DNA from: Oopsacas minuta
Taxonomy: Eukaryota > Animalia > Porifera
NCBI GenBank assembly: GCA_024704765.1
Contig: JAKMXF010000277.1
Span: forward strand, 475,706-539,705
Direction: 5' to 3'
DNA length: 64,000 nucleotides
Part shown: one piece after another, positions 39,376-53,004 of the stretch
Layout: each line of letters opens with the position of its first letter
How positions within the stretch are numbered: position 1 is the first letter of the stretch
Program-made: the position numbers and the translations under genes
The notes under the pieces: model-generated
Databases searched by the model: none
What the model was told of the DNA's origin: nothing
The model's input: the letters and a program-made list of their open reading frames with translations, nothing else

Positions 39376-39500
39376 CAGTGGTTCTCAACCTTGGGTCCGG
39401 GGCCCTAAAATGTTTTCGTTATGTTTATTGACAGAGGATCCGCGGACCCCATAAAATGGACTAAAGAGGTCCGCGGGAGAAAAAAGGTTGAGAACCAATG
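39376..39500. mobile_element. 125-bp hAT/Charlie-type MITE
   Basis: TIR CAGTGGTTCTCAACCTT / AAGGTTGAGAACCAATG and perfect 8-bp TSD CTCTACAA. Confidence 0.9.
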
Positions 39501-42333
39501 CTCTACAACATGGTGGAGAATGTACCAACTTCTCTTGAAATTCGACCAAACAGGAAAAAGAGAAGAATATCTCAAGGTTCAGAGATTACTACTCTAAATA
39601 TAGAAACAATTACTCTTTTTAATACGATAGAGGAATCTGAGGATTGTGCCTGACAATAAAAAATGGTTTGTTGGTATGTGAATGGATGATTACTATATAC
39701 AAATAACATCATCACTGCACACTGATTTAAGATTTATAGGTAGCAAAACTTGAACCCAAAGTTTTCTGATTGTCCGATCATTATCTTTGTGGATAGTTTA
39801 TTCACTGGTCAGAATTTAATCGTTTAGCAATTTGTAAATTGTTTACATAAGTAATATTAAATTTAGACGTGAACTTTGGGGAAGTTGGGCCTTTACAGTA
39901 TATCCTGTAATATTATTCATGGAATTTGATATAAACTTGGAAGAACTACTTATGCTTAAATTTATATCTCTACAACCAACCTGAAGATGGACCAGTTACA
40001 GATTTAGCAATAACGACGCTCGATCAATATATTTACCAGCTTGTCGAAGATTATAAAATTTGACAACTTGAGAACACGAATTTAGTCTTGATGGCAGGTT
40101 TTGACTGACAAGTGGTAAGATTCGATTCAGTCCATGTCATTAAGGCAATACTTTTTTCTCCCGTTATTTATCTATAGGTAGTGTTTCTTAACAAAAAATG
40201 TTAATCGTGGATGTAAGATTACACAAATGTAGTCGTAATCATCAGGATTGTATCCATTATTAAGCCTACCAACAGTGCTTAGCGCATAAGTCTCTCATTG
40301 TACTTGAACACAGTTCGATGGAAAATATTAGTTTTATCTTCAATCCGAGGTGATGTTCTTGATGACAGGGGAAGAATTTCATACATTTATTTGTAAGGAG
40401 GGTAAATGGTACTGTGACAACTGCGACAGTAAATGCAACCAAAATATACGTTGGACATAATAGTAAATGATATCAATCTTATTCCAGACGCTTTACCTTA
40501 CAGCGAACTGAGGTACCCAACCATTTCTACAACCCCTTTCGCACTTGAAATCTCATCAGTCGCAATTTATGAGAAACAACTAACCTATGGTATATTTCTA
40601 CCTTGAACCTATATCCTAAAGCTGAATCTTGCAGTTCTGGATACTTATTTAATCAGGAGGGTCATCTAACTGAAGAAAATCGTGGTATAATTATTTACAC
40701 AGAAAATGATGTTCTTCAATGGACTGATCATAAAACTACGTTTGTATACTAAGTAATTATGATAAATAATCTTCTATATACATTATATAATCGATCCTAT
40801 TAGTCTATAGTTCTACTTGCTTCGGTTCATACAACTGCAAAGCAGTCTTTGAGGGATTAAACTCTCTTGCGCAATATTAACAACCAATATTTTGTCCATT
40901 ACAGTCTTCTTTATGAATACTATGAGCTGATAACTCTGAGCTGATGACCATGTCAAGGAATACGCTTCAACAGATATCTCAATTAATATATAATTTGACA
41001 AAAGTAGTAATATTTCATAACCTTCTAATTATTACTAGAGCAAAGAATAATCAGCTGTGAAGGATGGGACGAACAAACTAATTACACTACCCTATTGTCC
41101 AACATGCTGGGAATGCATATTTGCGTATGGTTAAGATTAACTAAGCAAATAACTCTTCATGCCCTAGTTGTAAAAACATCCTGATGTTATTGTCATTGAT
41201 GGAATTGCAATGGGAAAAATTAAAGAAATTCCAAAAGTAGGGCCTCTATTGATGATACTCAATTAATGCCTAAAAGATAACTCCATATATTGTAAGATTT
41301 TCCTATAAATGAGCAATGTAATTAACGTGGCACCAAGTATATTATTAGCAAGGTTGCAACCTAATAGTTCAATATTCGGTTCAACCGAAAATATTTGGCG
41401 AATAGTTCATATTTCGTTACCAAGCGAATATCAGTATTCGGTATTCGGTTGGTCCAAACCGAATATTATCAGTTTTCGGGTAAGCAACTATTCGTGAGTA
41501 CTGATACCGATTCGATCGGTTTCAAGCTTCATAAATAGATAATTTATCACACTGTACTACAGCGTAACGTCCACAAATGGGGCCTGTTGAATCGGGGAAC
41601 ATCTGGAAACGGAGTGAAAAATAGAGCGAATTCCTATTCGCATACAAATGAATACTCGGGTAAACGAGGTAACATTATTCAGCCTATCTGGTACCCCCGT
41701 TTGTGGAAGTTTCACTGTAGTTGCAATACAAAATAATGATAAGAATACTGTAAATATTGGTCTGGAATTAATTGAAATTACTCTATTACCATGAAACTTC
41801 TGACTTATCCATGAAATGATACTCCTAAGTGTGGATACTTTGTGATCGCTGCAGGACACTGTAAGATTACTAACATCTTCTGATCATATTCTGGGTTGGA
41901 GAAAGAGTCTGCACTCTTGGTATGACAGAGGGATGTCCAAACATCTCGTATATTTTTGTAATTAGCTTTTTAAACTACTCACTACCCAAGAGACATAGAT
42001 CACCCTGCCAAGTAAAGGCTATTCCGATCTTTTCTCCTGTGATCTGAGTAAATTGACCTATCATACGAGAAAACCGGAGTTTGGCGCCCTAGAGTTATAT
42101 GCACTCGAATTCAGATTAGTAGAAGATATGATTCTTATTGTATGAGTACCATCTGCCTCTGATTTAAGAGTGAATAACAATATGCTGGGTGATTTCGAAG
42201 AATTTTATTGATAAGAAAATGCTGAAGATGTGACTTTTATTTCTTCAATGCATCTGAAGCTCAGTTGTGGGTAGAGGACGCAACACTCTATGGTTTATCT
42301 AATGGTAGAAATAGTTCTCGATTTTTGCAATTA

Positions 42334-44307
42334 CAGTGGAACCCCGCATATCGGGGCAGGCGCGTATCGGGGCACCCCTCTTATCGGGGCAGTAGGATGG
42401 AAATTTGTTATTCTTCAATTAAAATCAACCCCGCGTATCGGGGCGGCATTCGCGTATCGGGGCACCTCGAATAGAGTTTGTTTCCTTATTGAACATATAT
42501 TTGTGCCTGAAAACTTAGTATTTATATACGTACAATGGCGGCTAAGCGTCATCCACTCCCAATAGAGACTCGTGCTGAAGTAATTGAACTCAGCAAGGCA
42601 GGCAAATCCGAGAGGCAAATCGCCTTGCAGGTTGGAAGTAGCAAAGGTCAGGTCGGGAGAATCCTTAGAGATCAGCGTGACAAGATCGAGAATCTCAAGG
42701 ATGTTCAGGGAAACATTCCAAACAACCTCAAAAGGAGAAAGCTTGTGGACATAGCGCCAAAGTACTGCGAAATCGAGAATGCATGCGTCCTTTTTCTTGA
42801 GAGAGCCAAAGAGCATGGAATACCGGTAACAGGTCCAATGCTGCGCACTCTTGCCCTCCGTGAGGCTGAGAACTGCAACATCCAAGGGTTCTCTGCTTCT
42901 GAAGGTTGGCTTGATCGAGTAAAGAGACGTCATGGGATTCATGGAAGGCACCTTAGTGGCGAGGCGGCATCGGCCAACAAAGTAGTGGTGATGAACTGGA
43001 TGGAGCAGATCCCAGAGCTGATAGAAGGATACGACCCGAAAAACATCTTTAATTGCGATGAAACGGGGCTTTACTACAAACAGACTACATCACTTTCTCT
43101 TGTAATGCCCGGTGATGCCTGTCATGGCGGTAAGGCTCAGAAGGAGCGGTTAACTTTACTAATATGCTGCTCTGGATGGGTGAAAAAGTGAAACCACTCA
43201 TCATCGGTAAATCTACCAGGCCAAGGTGCCTTCGTAGTGTCGATCTTGAGAACATGTCAATTTCCTACAAATCACAGAAAAGTTCGTGGATGAACGGAGA
43301 CATCTTTTCCTGGTGGATTAATGAATTTGAAAGCCTAATGTATCAAGCTGGCCGCAAGGTTCTGCTATTTATGGACAACGCAACTGTTCACAACATTGTA
43401 GAACAAATGGAATTCAGGGCTGTGAAGGTTGTGTTCTTCCCCAAGGACACTACTTGCAGCACCCAGCCGTGTGACGCTGGTATCATCCAGACTGTAAAGC
43501 TTCTCTATCGGAAGCAGCTGCATAATTTTATTCTCAGTGCTCTCACTCATGAATGTGGGGAAGTAGACCCGTACAAGGAAATCAATCTAGCAAGAGTGAT
43601 TGTGTGGCTTTTTAGAGCTTGGCGCGACCTCAAACCGGCAACTATCGTGAAGTGCTTCTCCCACTGTGGCTTCTCTAAAGCAGGGGATATAGTAGAGCCA
43701 CAACAGACACCCCTACTGGAAACGGAGGCAGAGACTCTGCTCTCTGCTGAGGAGGAACAGATGGAGATATTCCCCCCCGTCGTGGAGCCAGAAGAATTGT
43801 TTGACAAGGTGGTGACTGAATTGAAAGACCAGCTGGAAGAAGTTTCAATTCAGGCTATTGCACCTACCGAGATTATTACTACAGAGGATGATGTGGCAGA
43901 AATTCCTAACAACAAACAGGTGCTGCAAGCACTTGAGACAATCGAGCTGTACGCTGCTGGACGTGGAGATGATGAAGTGCTGTGAGGTGGCTTCAACCTG
44001 GCATGGTATAGGCAAATTATCGAGGAAAGGGCCCACATGGAGGCGACGCAAACCACCATTGAAGATTTCTTCAAGAAAACTAGTCTTTAGATAGCATAAC
44101 AGTCTCCTAGTGAACTTAGAATGTGTAGTATTCTGCGTAATTATCAGTCATATTTCAGAGTGTGTCATGATGATGTTTGTGTTCTAAATCGGTAATATTT
44201 ACAAGGGTGTACAACTATTTTCCTAGAACCCCGCTTATCGGGGCACTCCCTCGTATCGAGGCACTTTTTGCTTGGCAAAAGGTGCCCCGATACGCGGGGT
44301 TTCACTG
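42334..44307 (+). mobile_element. pogo/Tigger transposon (DD32D), nearly intact
   Basis: 25-bp TIRs CAGTG.AACCCCGC.TATCGGGGCA and TA TSD. CENP-B-type HTH plus FNCDETG, FMDNATVH and QPCDAGII. One frameshift near 43175 and one in-frame stop at 43983-43985. Confidence 0.95.
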
Positions 44308-44432
44308 TAACTGAAACATAAATGTTTTCATTTCATCAATGTCATCACAGGTGCTTACAGCAATAGCTTTGTTGAGTGTAGTCCACTGTTAGTTTGTGGA
44401 TAGTGGTGACACAACCTGTTCATAACTTAGAT

Positions 44433-47400
44433 CAGTGTTTCTCAAAGTGGGCCGTAGAGCCCCCTAGGGGGGGCGCTGAAGGGTTGTAGGGGGGGCGCTG
44501 TGGGTTATAGAAAGCGAAACAGAGATACGACCTCACGCCAAAAAAGTGGCATCATATGCCTCATTGTTCATTACCAATAGGTGCTAACAAATACTTCAAT
44601 GATCAAAGCCATTTACAGTGGTATTACTCTTGGTGATTATTAACAACAGCTAATCCTTAAAAATGAATGAAGAATTCTTTTGTTACGATGTCTATGGCTT
44701 TCCCAATCGAAATATAATTATCACTGTTCTCCAAGCAAATGTAAACTTCGTAATAGTTAGCAATCTGTTTAATTTGAATGTAAATACATACGTAGAAATC
44801 TAAACCGAAAGGAATTGATAAACTCGATCGAAGAAATGAAGAGTAAAAAGAATAGTAGACAGTATAGTGATTAGGCCGGATCGAGAAAAGTATAAATCGT
44901 CGGTTCAACTTCTACCTAAGGGAAAAGTTGCCTTTACCATTTTCTAGGAAAATCCGAGACTTAAATTTGAAAAATATTTCGATTTGACCCTTGCGGTTTT
45001 ATATTTTTGCTGTGTCACTTTCCCAAACTTGACTTTAAATTGTCCGAATTTTCAAATTCCTTTGACTTAGACCCTTTATATATATTATTTGGTAATACTA
45101 AGTCGCATATTTGCTATTGAATGGTGTATTAATCGAATTTATAGGTCCAAGGATACTCAAGTTATCAAGATTTTTTTGCATATTCTATCATACCCCAATA
45201 TTATTACCCACCCCCCATTTTTTCGATTAGTTGAAAATTCTATATTCTTAGTAAAATTTGTTATATAATCACCAAACTTAATATATTCCTTTATCTAGAT
45301 CCAAATTCATCGATAGGTTACCATAAAGAAATTTTACCAACATTCCTTATCTCTTGTTCTTAACTTAGTTACCATTTATCTAGCATGGAATTTATGGTCA
45401 ATTATAGTATCTATATCAATACTCGATCAAATCATTTATATTATTGAGTGATTATATTCCTAAAATTTATTTACTTTTGAAATGGCAGAAAACACACGTA
45501 GTAAAGTATTTCATCCTATTTTTGGCTATCCAGGACCCATTCCAGAAAATCAACTTCCAACAAAACTAGATATATAATCATTATAGAATGCTTAGAAATG
45601 AAGATTCTAAATCAATGAGAGATGATATAGCGAAAGAACTAACTGAAGTATTAGTGCGTATCTATAATTTGGCATCCATACCCACTATATCAGAGCTCAA
45701 AATAAAACAGTACATCAATTCTGATATTATCGAGAGAGCTAAATACTACGGAAAAGTATCCAAAACAAGCAACAACCTGACCGTATACAGCCTATTATTT
45801 CCGAATTCAATGTCTTGTTCGATGTCTCAAGTTGCAAATGCCTAATTCAGGAAGGTAAATGTTTTTGCTCTCTCGATAAAAAGATACCACACCGTGAGTG
45901 GCCATTTCTCTTTGATCAGCGAAACGCTCGAAAATTATTTATATCCAGCTTGGATTGCATGACAACCTCTAAAAATTTTGTTAAACAAAAAAGAAAAGAG
46001 GCACAATATGAAAGAGAAGAAAGGGAAATGAAGAGATTACATGCAGTTCAACCTTCGCAAGAATTTATAGAATGTGACTTTGAAGAGTTTGAATCTTTTG
46101 ACTCGAGTACATCTAATACTCACAAGTATACACGTAATCATAATCAATTACGAAATTTCGCCATAATGTGTGATAGATATCAAATTAGCGATCGGGCAGG
46201 CGCAGCTATAGCTAACGCAGTACTGCAGGATTACGGTATTATCACACCGGAAGAAGATAGTCAAATTATTGATAGAAACAAACTCCGTAGATCTAGATTC
46301 TCTGTGAGAAAGGAATTGGCTAATGAGGCTCACGAAACTATCAATGATATATCTGCAATATATTTTGATGGCCGTAAAGATCAAACTAGAGTACTGGTAG
46401 AAAGAGAAGATGGACATTTGCATCAGGATACTGCAAATGAAGAACATTATACTGTCTTATCTGAACCGGGGAATCAGTATGTTGCCCATATAACACCAAG
46501 TTCTGGTAAAGCCAAAGATATAGCAAAGGAATTGACTGATCTTTGCAGGGAGCGTAATTCAAATTTAATGGCGGTTGGAGCTGATGAAGCTCGTGTTAAC
46601 ACTGGAATCTACAATGGGTGTATTAGATTACTTGAACTAGAGTTCACAAAACCACTCCACTGGTTTATTTGCCAATTACATGGTAATGAACTTCCATTGA
46701 GGCATCTCTTTCAAATAATAGATGGAAAACCAGTGGACCCAATTCTTTTAAAGGAGTAATTGGTAAAGAACTTAATTGTGATTTTACTTGCAAACCAATT
46801 GCAGCGTATCATCCTTTATGCGGTAAAACTCAACTTATTGATTGCGATAGTCTCAAGAATTTAAATAAAGATCAGAAATATCTATATAATATCTGCCATG
46901 CAGTTCAGACTGGTATTTGCTCATCTGAACTGGCATCGATGCAACCTGGTCCTATACATCATGCTAGATGGACAACACTGACCAACAGATTACTTAGGTC
47001 GTACATTTCTACGATACATCCCACACCTGAATTATCCCGACTTGTCAATTTTATTGTCAATTATTATGCACCAGTTTGGTTTAGAATCAAGAGTAACCCG
47101 ATTTGCACAGATGGACCTAAAAATATGTTTTTTGCGATATCTATGCTACGAGATCTACCGGAGTCTGACCAAGAAGTAATTTGCGATGTGATACAGAGAA
47201 ACTCATATTTTTGTCATCCAGAAAATCTCCTGTTATCGATGCTTGCAGATAATGATGAACAAATTAGACAAAAGGCAGTGAAGACTATTTTAGATATCTG
47301 AATTAACAGTTCATCATTTAGACCGATTGAAATTCGCCCATTTAATCTTCCTTCAATAAGGTTCACTGCCGAAACATATGTAGATATGATTGATTGGGAA

Positions 47401-49927
47401 ACCTCTTTTATCACAGAACCGCCTTTTACAAGATATCTCTCAAAAGAAGTACTAATTAATTGTGTACGTGCTCCACTAGAAATTCCAGCATATCCATGCC
47501 ATACACAAGCTGTTGAAAGAACTATTCAATTAGTCACTAAAAGTTCGTGTTCAGTAACAGGAGAAGATGCGAAACATGGAATAATTCTTTCAACCCTAAC
47601 ATCAAGAAAAAATGCCCGCATTTGGGTCAAAGAAAGATTATGCATGTTAAATATACTTGATATAACATAATTGAATCATATACCACGATAGATAAAAAAG
47701 CTAATAATTTTCAAATAATCGGAAAAAAATGAGGAGTGAGTAATAATATTAGGGTATGATAGAATATACAAAAACAATCTTGATAACTTAAGTATTTTTG
47801 GACATAGAAATTCGATTAATACACCATTCAATAGCAAATATGCGACTTAGTATTACCAAATAATATATATAAAGGGTCTAAGTCAAAGGAATTTGAAAAT
47901 TCGGACAATATAAAATCAATTTTGCGAAAGTGACACAGCAAAATATAAAACCGCAAGGGTCAAATCGAAATATTTTTCAAATTTAAGTCTCGGATTTTCC
48001 TAGAAAATGGTAAAGGCAACTTTTCCCTTAGGTAGAAGTTGAACCGACGATTTATACTTTTCTCGATCCGGCCTAATGATTATATCAAATACGGATTTGT
48101 TAAATCTCCTTCCAATGAACAATTCTCAATGTGTTTGCAGTGCGAACAAGTTTTTTCTAATGAGGGAATGAAGCCATAAAGAATGATTGATCATTTGAAA
48201 TCGTGCCACAGTGATAAGGTAGAGAAAGACGTGCAATTCTTCATGAAATTGATAGACAGCCGCAAAGCAAGGGCGGAATCTTTGGAAAAATAGATAGACA
48301 AAACATTGATGGTTTGGTTGCCTCCTATAACATTTCGTATTTCGTTACTAATTGTAACATCTGATAAACCACATTACAATTGGTGAAAAACTCATTTACC
48401 TGCAATCCAGGAAGCAGTTATGCATTCAGATGGGCGAAGTGTGATTAAGTCCATTCCGTTAAGTAATGATACTGTGGCTAGGATAATTAATTTGATGGCT
48501 TGTGATGTTGAGAAAACACTATACAGTATACTTAAAACAACGGAATTTTCTCTTCAAATTGACGATTCCACATCGCTAGGTAACGAAGCACTGCTCCTTG
48601 CATATGTCCGATATATTCTCGAAGGAATAATGGTCGAAGATATGTTGGTTGCTAGAACACTAGTAACTGATAGAAAAGGTGAATCTATCCACAAAGTCGT
48701 GGAAAATTTCTTTCAGGAAAAGGATATTCCAATGAATAATATCACTGCTTGTACAACAGATGGGGCGCCAGCTATGGTTGGTAGGCATCGTGGTTTCATT
48801 TCGTACTTGAAAAAGCTGTGCCTGAGATTTTCGCTATTCACTGCGTCGTCCATCGAGAACATTTGGTAGCAAAACATCTAAGTGGTCGCTTGCACAACTC
48901 ATTGCATATCGTCATTACCGTTATTAATAAAATCAAAGCTTCGGCACTCAAGGAAAGAATATTTCGCCAAATATGTCACGACAACGAAACAGAATTTGAA
49001 CTCCTGCTTTTGCACACAAAAGTGAGGTGGCTCTCAAAAGGAAAGTGTCTCAGTCGGTTCTACAGTCTTTTCGACACCATTTTAGAATTTTTAGTGGAAG
49101 AGAACCCGCAGTTAATGCAGCTTGTCAGTGCAGCGAAATCAAATGTAGCTTACTTGACTGACATTTTTGATAAGTTCAACGCAATGAACTTGCAACTACA
49201 AGGCAATTTAGTCACTCTGGTCAAGTGCAAAACTGTTGTCAGCTCCTTCATAGGGAAACTAACGTTATTTAAACAAAATATCGGTCGACGGGAATTTTAC
49301 CAGTTTCCTCACCTAGCAGGACTCCAAATTTCAGATGACGATTTGCTAGCATATTGTGAACATCTTGAAGTACTGAAAGCGGATATGATCAAGCGATTCA
49401 CTGACTTGTTGGAACTTGAACCGACTCATCGGCTATTTGACCCTTTCTGTGTGGATGCCCCAACAGTTCCACTCTATTTGTAGGAATGGTTGATGGACTT
49501 GCAAAGAGATTGCGAGGAAAAAGTTCATTTTACAATGATGGGTGATGAACGATTTTGGATTGCAATCGCAGGACAAAATAAATTTCCCAATTTGTGGATA
49601 GTAGCAAAACTGCTAGTTCTGGCGTTTCCGACATTATATCTCTTTGAGAGAGGTTTCAGTGCAGTCGTTGAATTACTAACGAAGCAAAGAAACAGACTAG
49701 ATATTTCTGAATGCGGAGATTTGAGATTACTGCTAACTGATATGAAACCAGATGTAAGGATTATCGACGAACATCACGCTCAAGTATACCCTCTCATTAA
49801 TTGCTAAATAGTACATATTATCATTAAACAAATACGAGTGTAGTAAAAATGTTTAGACTTTCTAGAGGGGGGTATTAAGGGAATATTGTTGACAACGGGC
49901 GCTGTCCGAAAAGTTTGAGAAACACTG
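44433..49927 (+). mobile_element. Buster-group hAT (ZBED5/SCAND3-like) interrupted by a long-TIR element
   Basis: TIR CAGTGTTTCTCAAA and 8-bp TSD ACTTAGAT/GCTTAGAT with central TA. The N-terminus RQYSD|YIKYGF is split by the 44871-48076 insertion. Motifs FSLQIDDST, TTDGAPAM, HCVVHREHL, HTKVRWLS, FPTLYLFERGFS. Confidence 0.93.
44871..48076 (+). mobile_element. long-TIR DDE transposon, probably hATm-like, with frameshifted transposase (45482-47670)
   Basis: ~370-bp TIRs starting TTAGGCCGGATCGAG. Motifs YFDGRKD, EEHY, CQLHGNELPLRHL, HHARW, RNSYFCHPEN and PCHTQAVER. No 8-bp TSD (only TGA or TGATT is duplicated). The superfamily call is from memory. Confidence 0.8.
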
Positions 49928-51329
49928 GCTTAGATTTTCAAATGTTTGGTAAATATGTATGTTTAAGTGGAGATATTTTGAGCTCTTCCATTAGTCGGGT
50001 ATTGGAACAAAGAAAGGAATTGGATATTGATGGTTTTACCAGCTTACAAAAGTGAATATCTTTTTCATGTTGAATATTTAGATAAGTAGCCGATTCCCCT
50101 TCTCCTGTTTCACAATCCTAAGTGTAATGTAGAAAGTGAACGAGTTGTGGATAATAGTTAGATCTCAGCTCTGGAGTTAATTTTGAGATTGAAAGTTGTG
50201 AATTGGAAGACTGTAATCTCATAATTACAGAATGGGATAGTTTGTGCATTACTGACTCGAACCATAGAATGTAAATGGTCAGTAATTGGACGAATGTATT
50301 TTCTTCTAAGTTTCATGATGTAAATAGTATATGTGTCTTGAATTTTGACTATTACCGGTTGAGAAGTCAGATAGCCGTAAGATAAACAGTCCTTTCTTTC
50401 GAACTAGAGAAGAATGTAAATTCCATAATTGAAGACCATATGTATTATATATTGACGACGAGAGTTAATAAAATAAACGTGTAGTGTTCAAGTTGTATTC
50501 TGAAGGATCTCTTTCAACTCATCCTACAGATGGCACACGTGCTTATTGTAGTAATTTATCCAGTGGCGAGCGCAGAAAAATGGGAAGATTGTTAGATAAT
50601 TATTCTGTGAGCAAAACATTTAATAAGCAATTCAATGATTCTGACAAAACAGGGAGATTGTGTTATGGCGATTTAACTTATGTAATCGGCGGATTGGTAA
50701 GGAAAGTTAAATCTGAAATGAAATCGGCTAGTAGGTTTTCAAATTCTTACATGGAAAATGTAGCAGCTTCTCAGCAGTACCTCGGTCATCTACTCCCAGA
50801 TTCACCTATTCCAGGTTATGTTCAGTATGTTTCTGGAAGGTCTATGTGTTATACAAAAAAGAAGTTAGCAGCCAATTCAAATTAAAAAACGTATTCACTG
50901 CAATCGTTTATTTGACCAGCTTACCGTCTAGCTAGAGAAAAGAACTTGATATTATTCGAAAGTATAGCGTTAGTGGATAACGAAAATGTCATCAGAATTG
51001 TAAAATATGTGTGATGACTTAGCATTGAGGTTTTGAATACTTTTCCATTAGTGTCAGCTATAATGTCGTATTTGACCTGTTTCTCATTATTATTTTGATA
51101 CAAATTTTCTTCTACATACTATTGAGGGCTGGTGGATTATGTGTTTAAAATTTCTTCTAAAAATATTCATTAATTTTGAAATATTTTATTTTTGAAAAAC
51201 TCAACGAAGAAGTTAGACTAGGGTCACTTCAGTCACCAATATGACTCACTTATACTCATCAGATTGAAACGAAATTAGTATCATTGGAAAGAAGAGAGTT
51301 GAGCGTTTTAAGCAATATGTTTTGATATT

Positions 51330-51890
51330 AAAAAGACGAGCCATTGGCTCGTAGCTTCACGAAGAACTTGACGCATTGCGCCTCGAGGTATTCAACGGAC
51401 AAACAAACAGCCAAACAACAATTGATATATACAATTATTGATGTTGTTTACAATATTCAGACTTGGCATACTCGATTATATCAGTATAGTCGTTGAAAGT
51501 ATGATTCTACTTCAATTTTGAATTTTATTTACTTTATGTACCTAGAGCAAACAAATATTCACAATATATTGTTTATAATACCATATTCGGACTCAGTGTA
51601 CTCGATTACCTCCGATAGTCGTTGAAAGTATGATTTTACCTCAATTTTGAAATTTGTTTACTTTGTATTCATAAAAACAGCTATAAATTTACATACGACC
51701 AATCCAAAAGTGTGAAAATCGGATTCAGCATGTTCGATATATTTAGTCGAGTTCTATTTAATTCTATTCACTTCCTTGATAAACACGATAAATACATAGT
51801 TGTGTAATAATTTCAAAATTGCATACCGTAAATCCTTTCCTTGACAACGGACAAACAGACAGACAACAATTGAGATTTAATAGTATAGAT
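51330..51890 (+). mobile_element. uninterrupted HINE/DINE-like composite element
   Basis: 5' hairpin GACGAGCC-ATT-GGCTCGT, two GACA/AACA-rich 3'-like termini, ends AGTATAGAT at a T-rich site. The paralogous empty site is at ~37595-37625. Confidence 0.75.
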
Positions 51891-53004
51891 TTACTCTTAG
51901 TTACTTTTTGGTGAAATTTTGATTGTCACGCCTCCTTTGAATTCACCCGCCTAAAGTTAGAATTCGATTCTGAAATTATATATGCACACTTTAGTGATAT
52001 GGATTTTCATGGAAATTCAATTTTATTAAAAAATATTAACAACTCACGGAGCTAGAGGAATTCAAATTTTAAGCCGGGAGTGAGAGTGATAGGGGAACGA
52101 TCTTATTTTACATAAAGTAGGGCCAGTCCAAACTCATGTTTCTTACCCTAAATCCGACTGAATTTCAATTATCTTAATGTTAATCGATAGTTGAGATATA
52201 GACGTTTCTAACAATATCGATATTTTTCGTGAGACACTACAAATTAGCACCAGCAATGGCCTGCAAAAAGCGATAAATTCTCAGGTTTTATGTGTATTAT
52301 GAATTCTAACTATGAGATCATTTCTTGAAGATATTTCTCATCATAACCCCTTCAAAATTTATAGATACCTTCTTTCGTATCTTATAATTCAATTTCCTTA
52401 AAAAAAACTGGGGTCGCTAGTACTTTTTTTAACATTTGGTGGTAATATATTTTTAAGGGTTCTTTTCATTATGAGTCAATGTTAAAGTTAATTCTTGTGC
52501 ATACAAGTAAATACGTACGTACCTATACATTTGCGTCAATCTTATGGTATTTTCTTCGGAACTAACTTATCTAATTTTATTCCAACACCTAAATTTGCTT
52601 ATTGTATGGCGATAAATATAATGATGCAAGACTGTAACTGACTGTTCAATATCAGTTTCATCATTTTGGTAATCTATAGTTACACTTGAATTCTAGTTAC
52701 GAGACGATATGTCTCTTATTGTGGGCATTATCTACCTCTGATTTAACCGTGTATAAAATTAGAAGGAGTCGATTTAATTAATTGTATTGATAAATACAAT
52801 TCTGAAAGAAAATTAATTTATTTCTTCAACACATCTGAAGCTCAGTTGTAGGTAGATGGTTCAAAATTCTATGGGTTATCTAAAATTAGAAATATATCTG
52901 GATTTTTGCAATTCACGGATGCATGTTTTATTGATCAGTTTTATCACTTCGTTAATGTCATCATCACAGGTGCTTATAGTAATAGCTTTGTTGAGTGTAG
53001 CCAT

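Noticed and set aside
43365-44094. Multiple antisense and alternative-frame ORFs over transposases (also at 7562-8291, 32251-32721, 59241-60160)
   Set aside because: Shadow ORFs of GC-richer transposase coding sequence.
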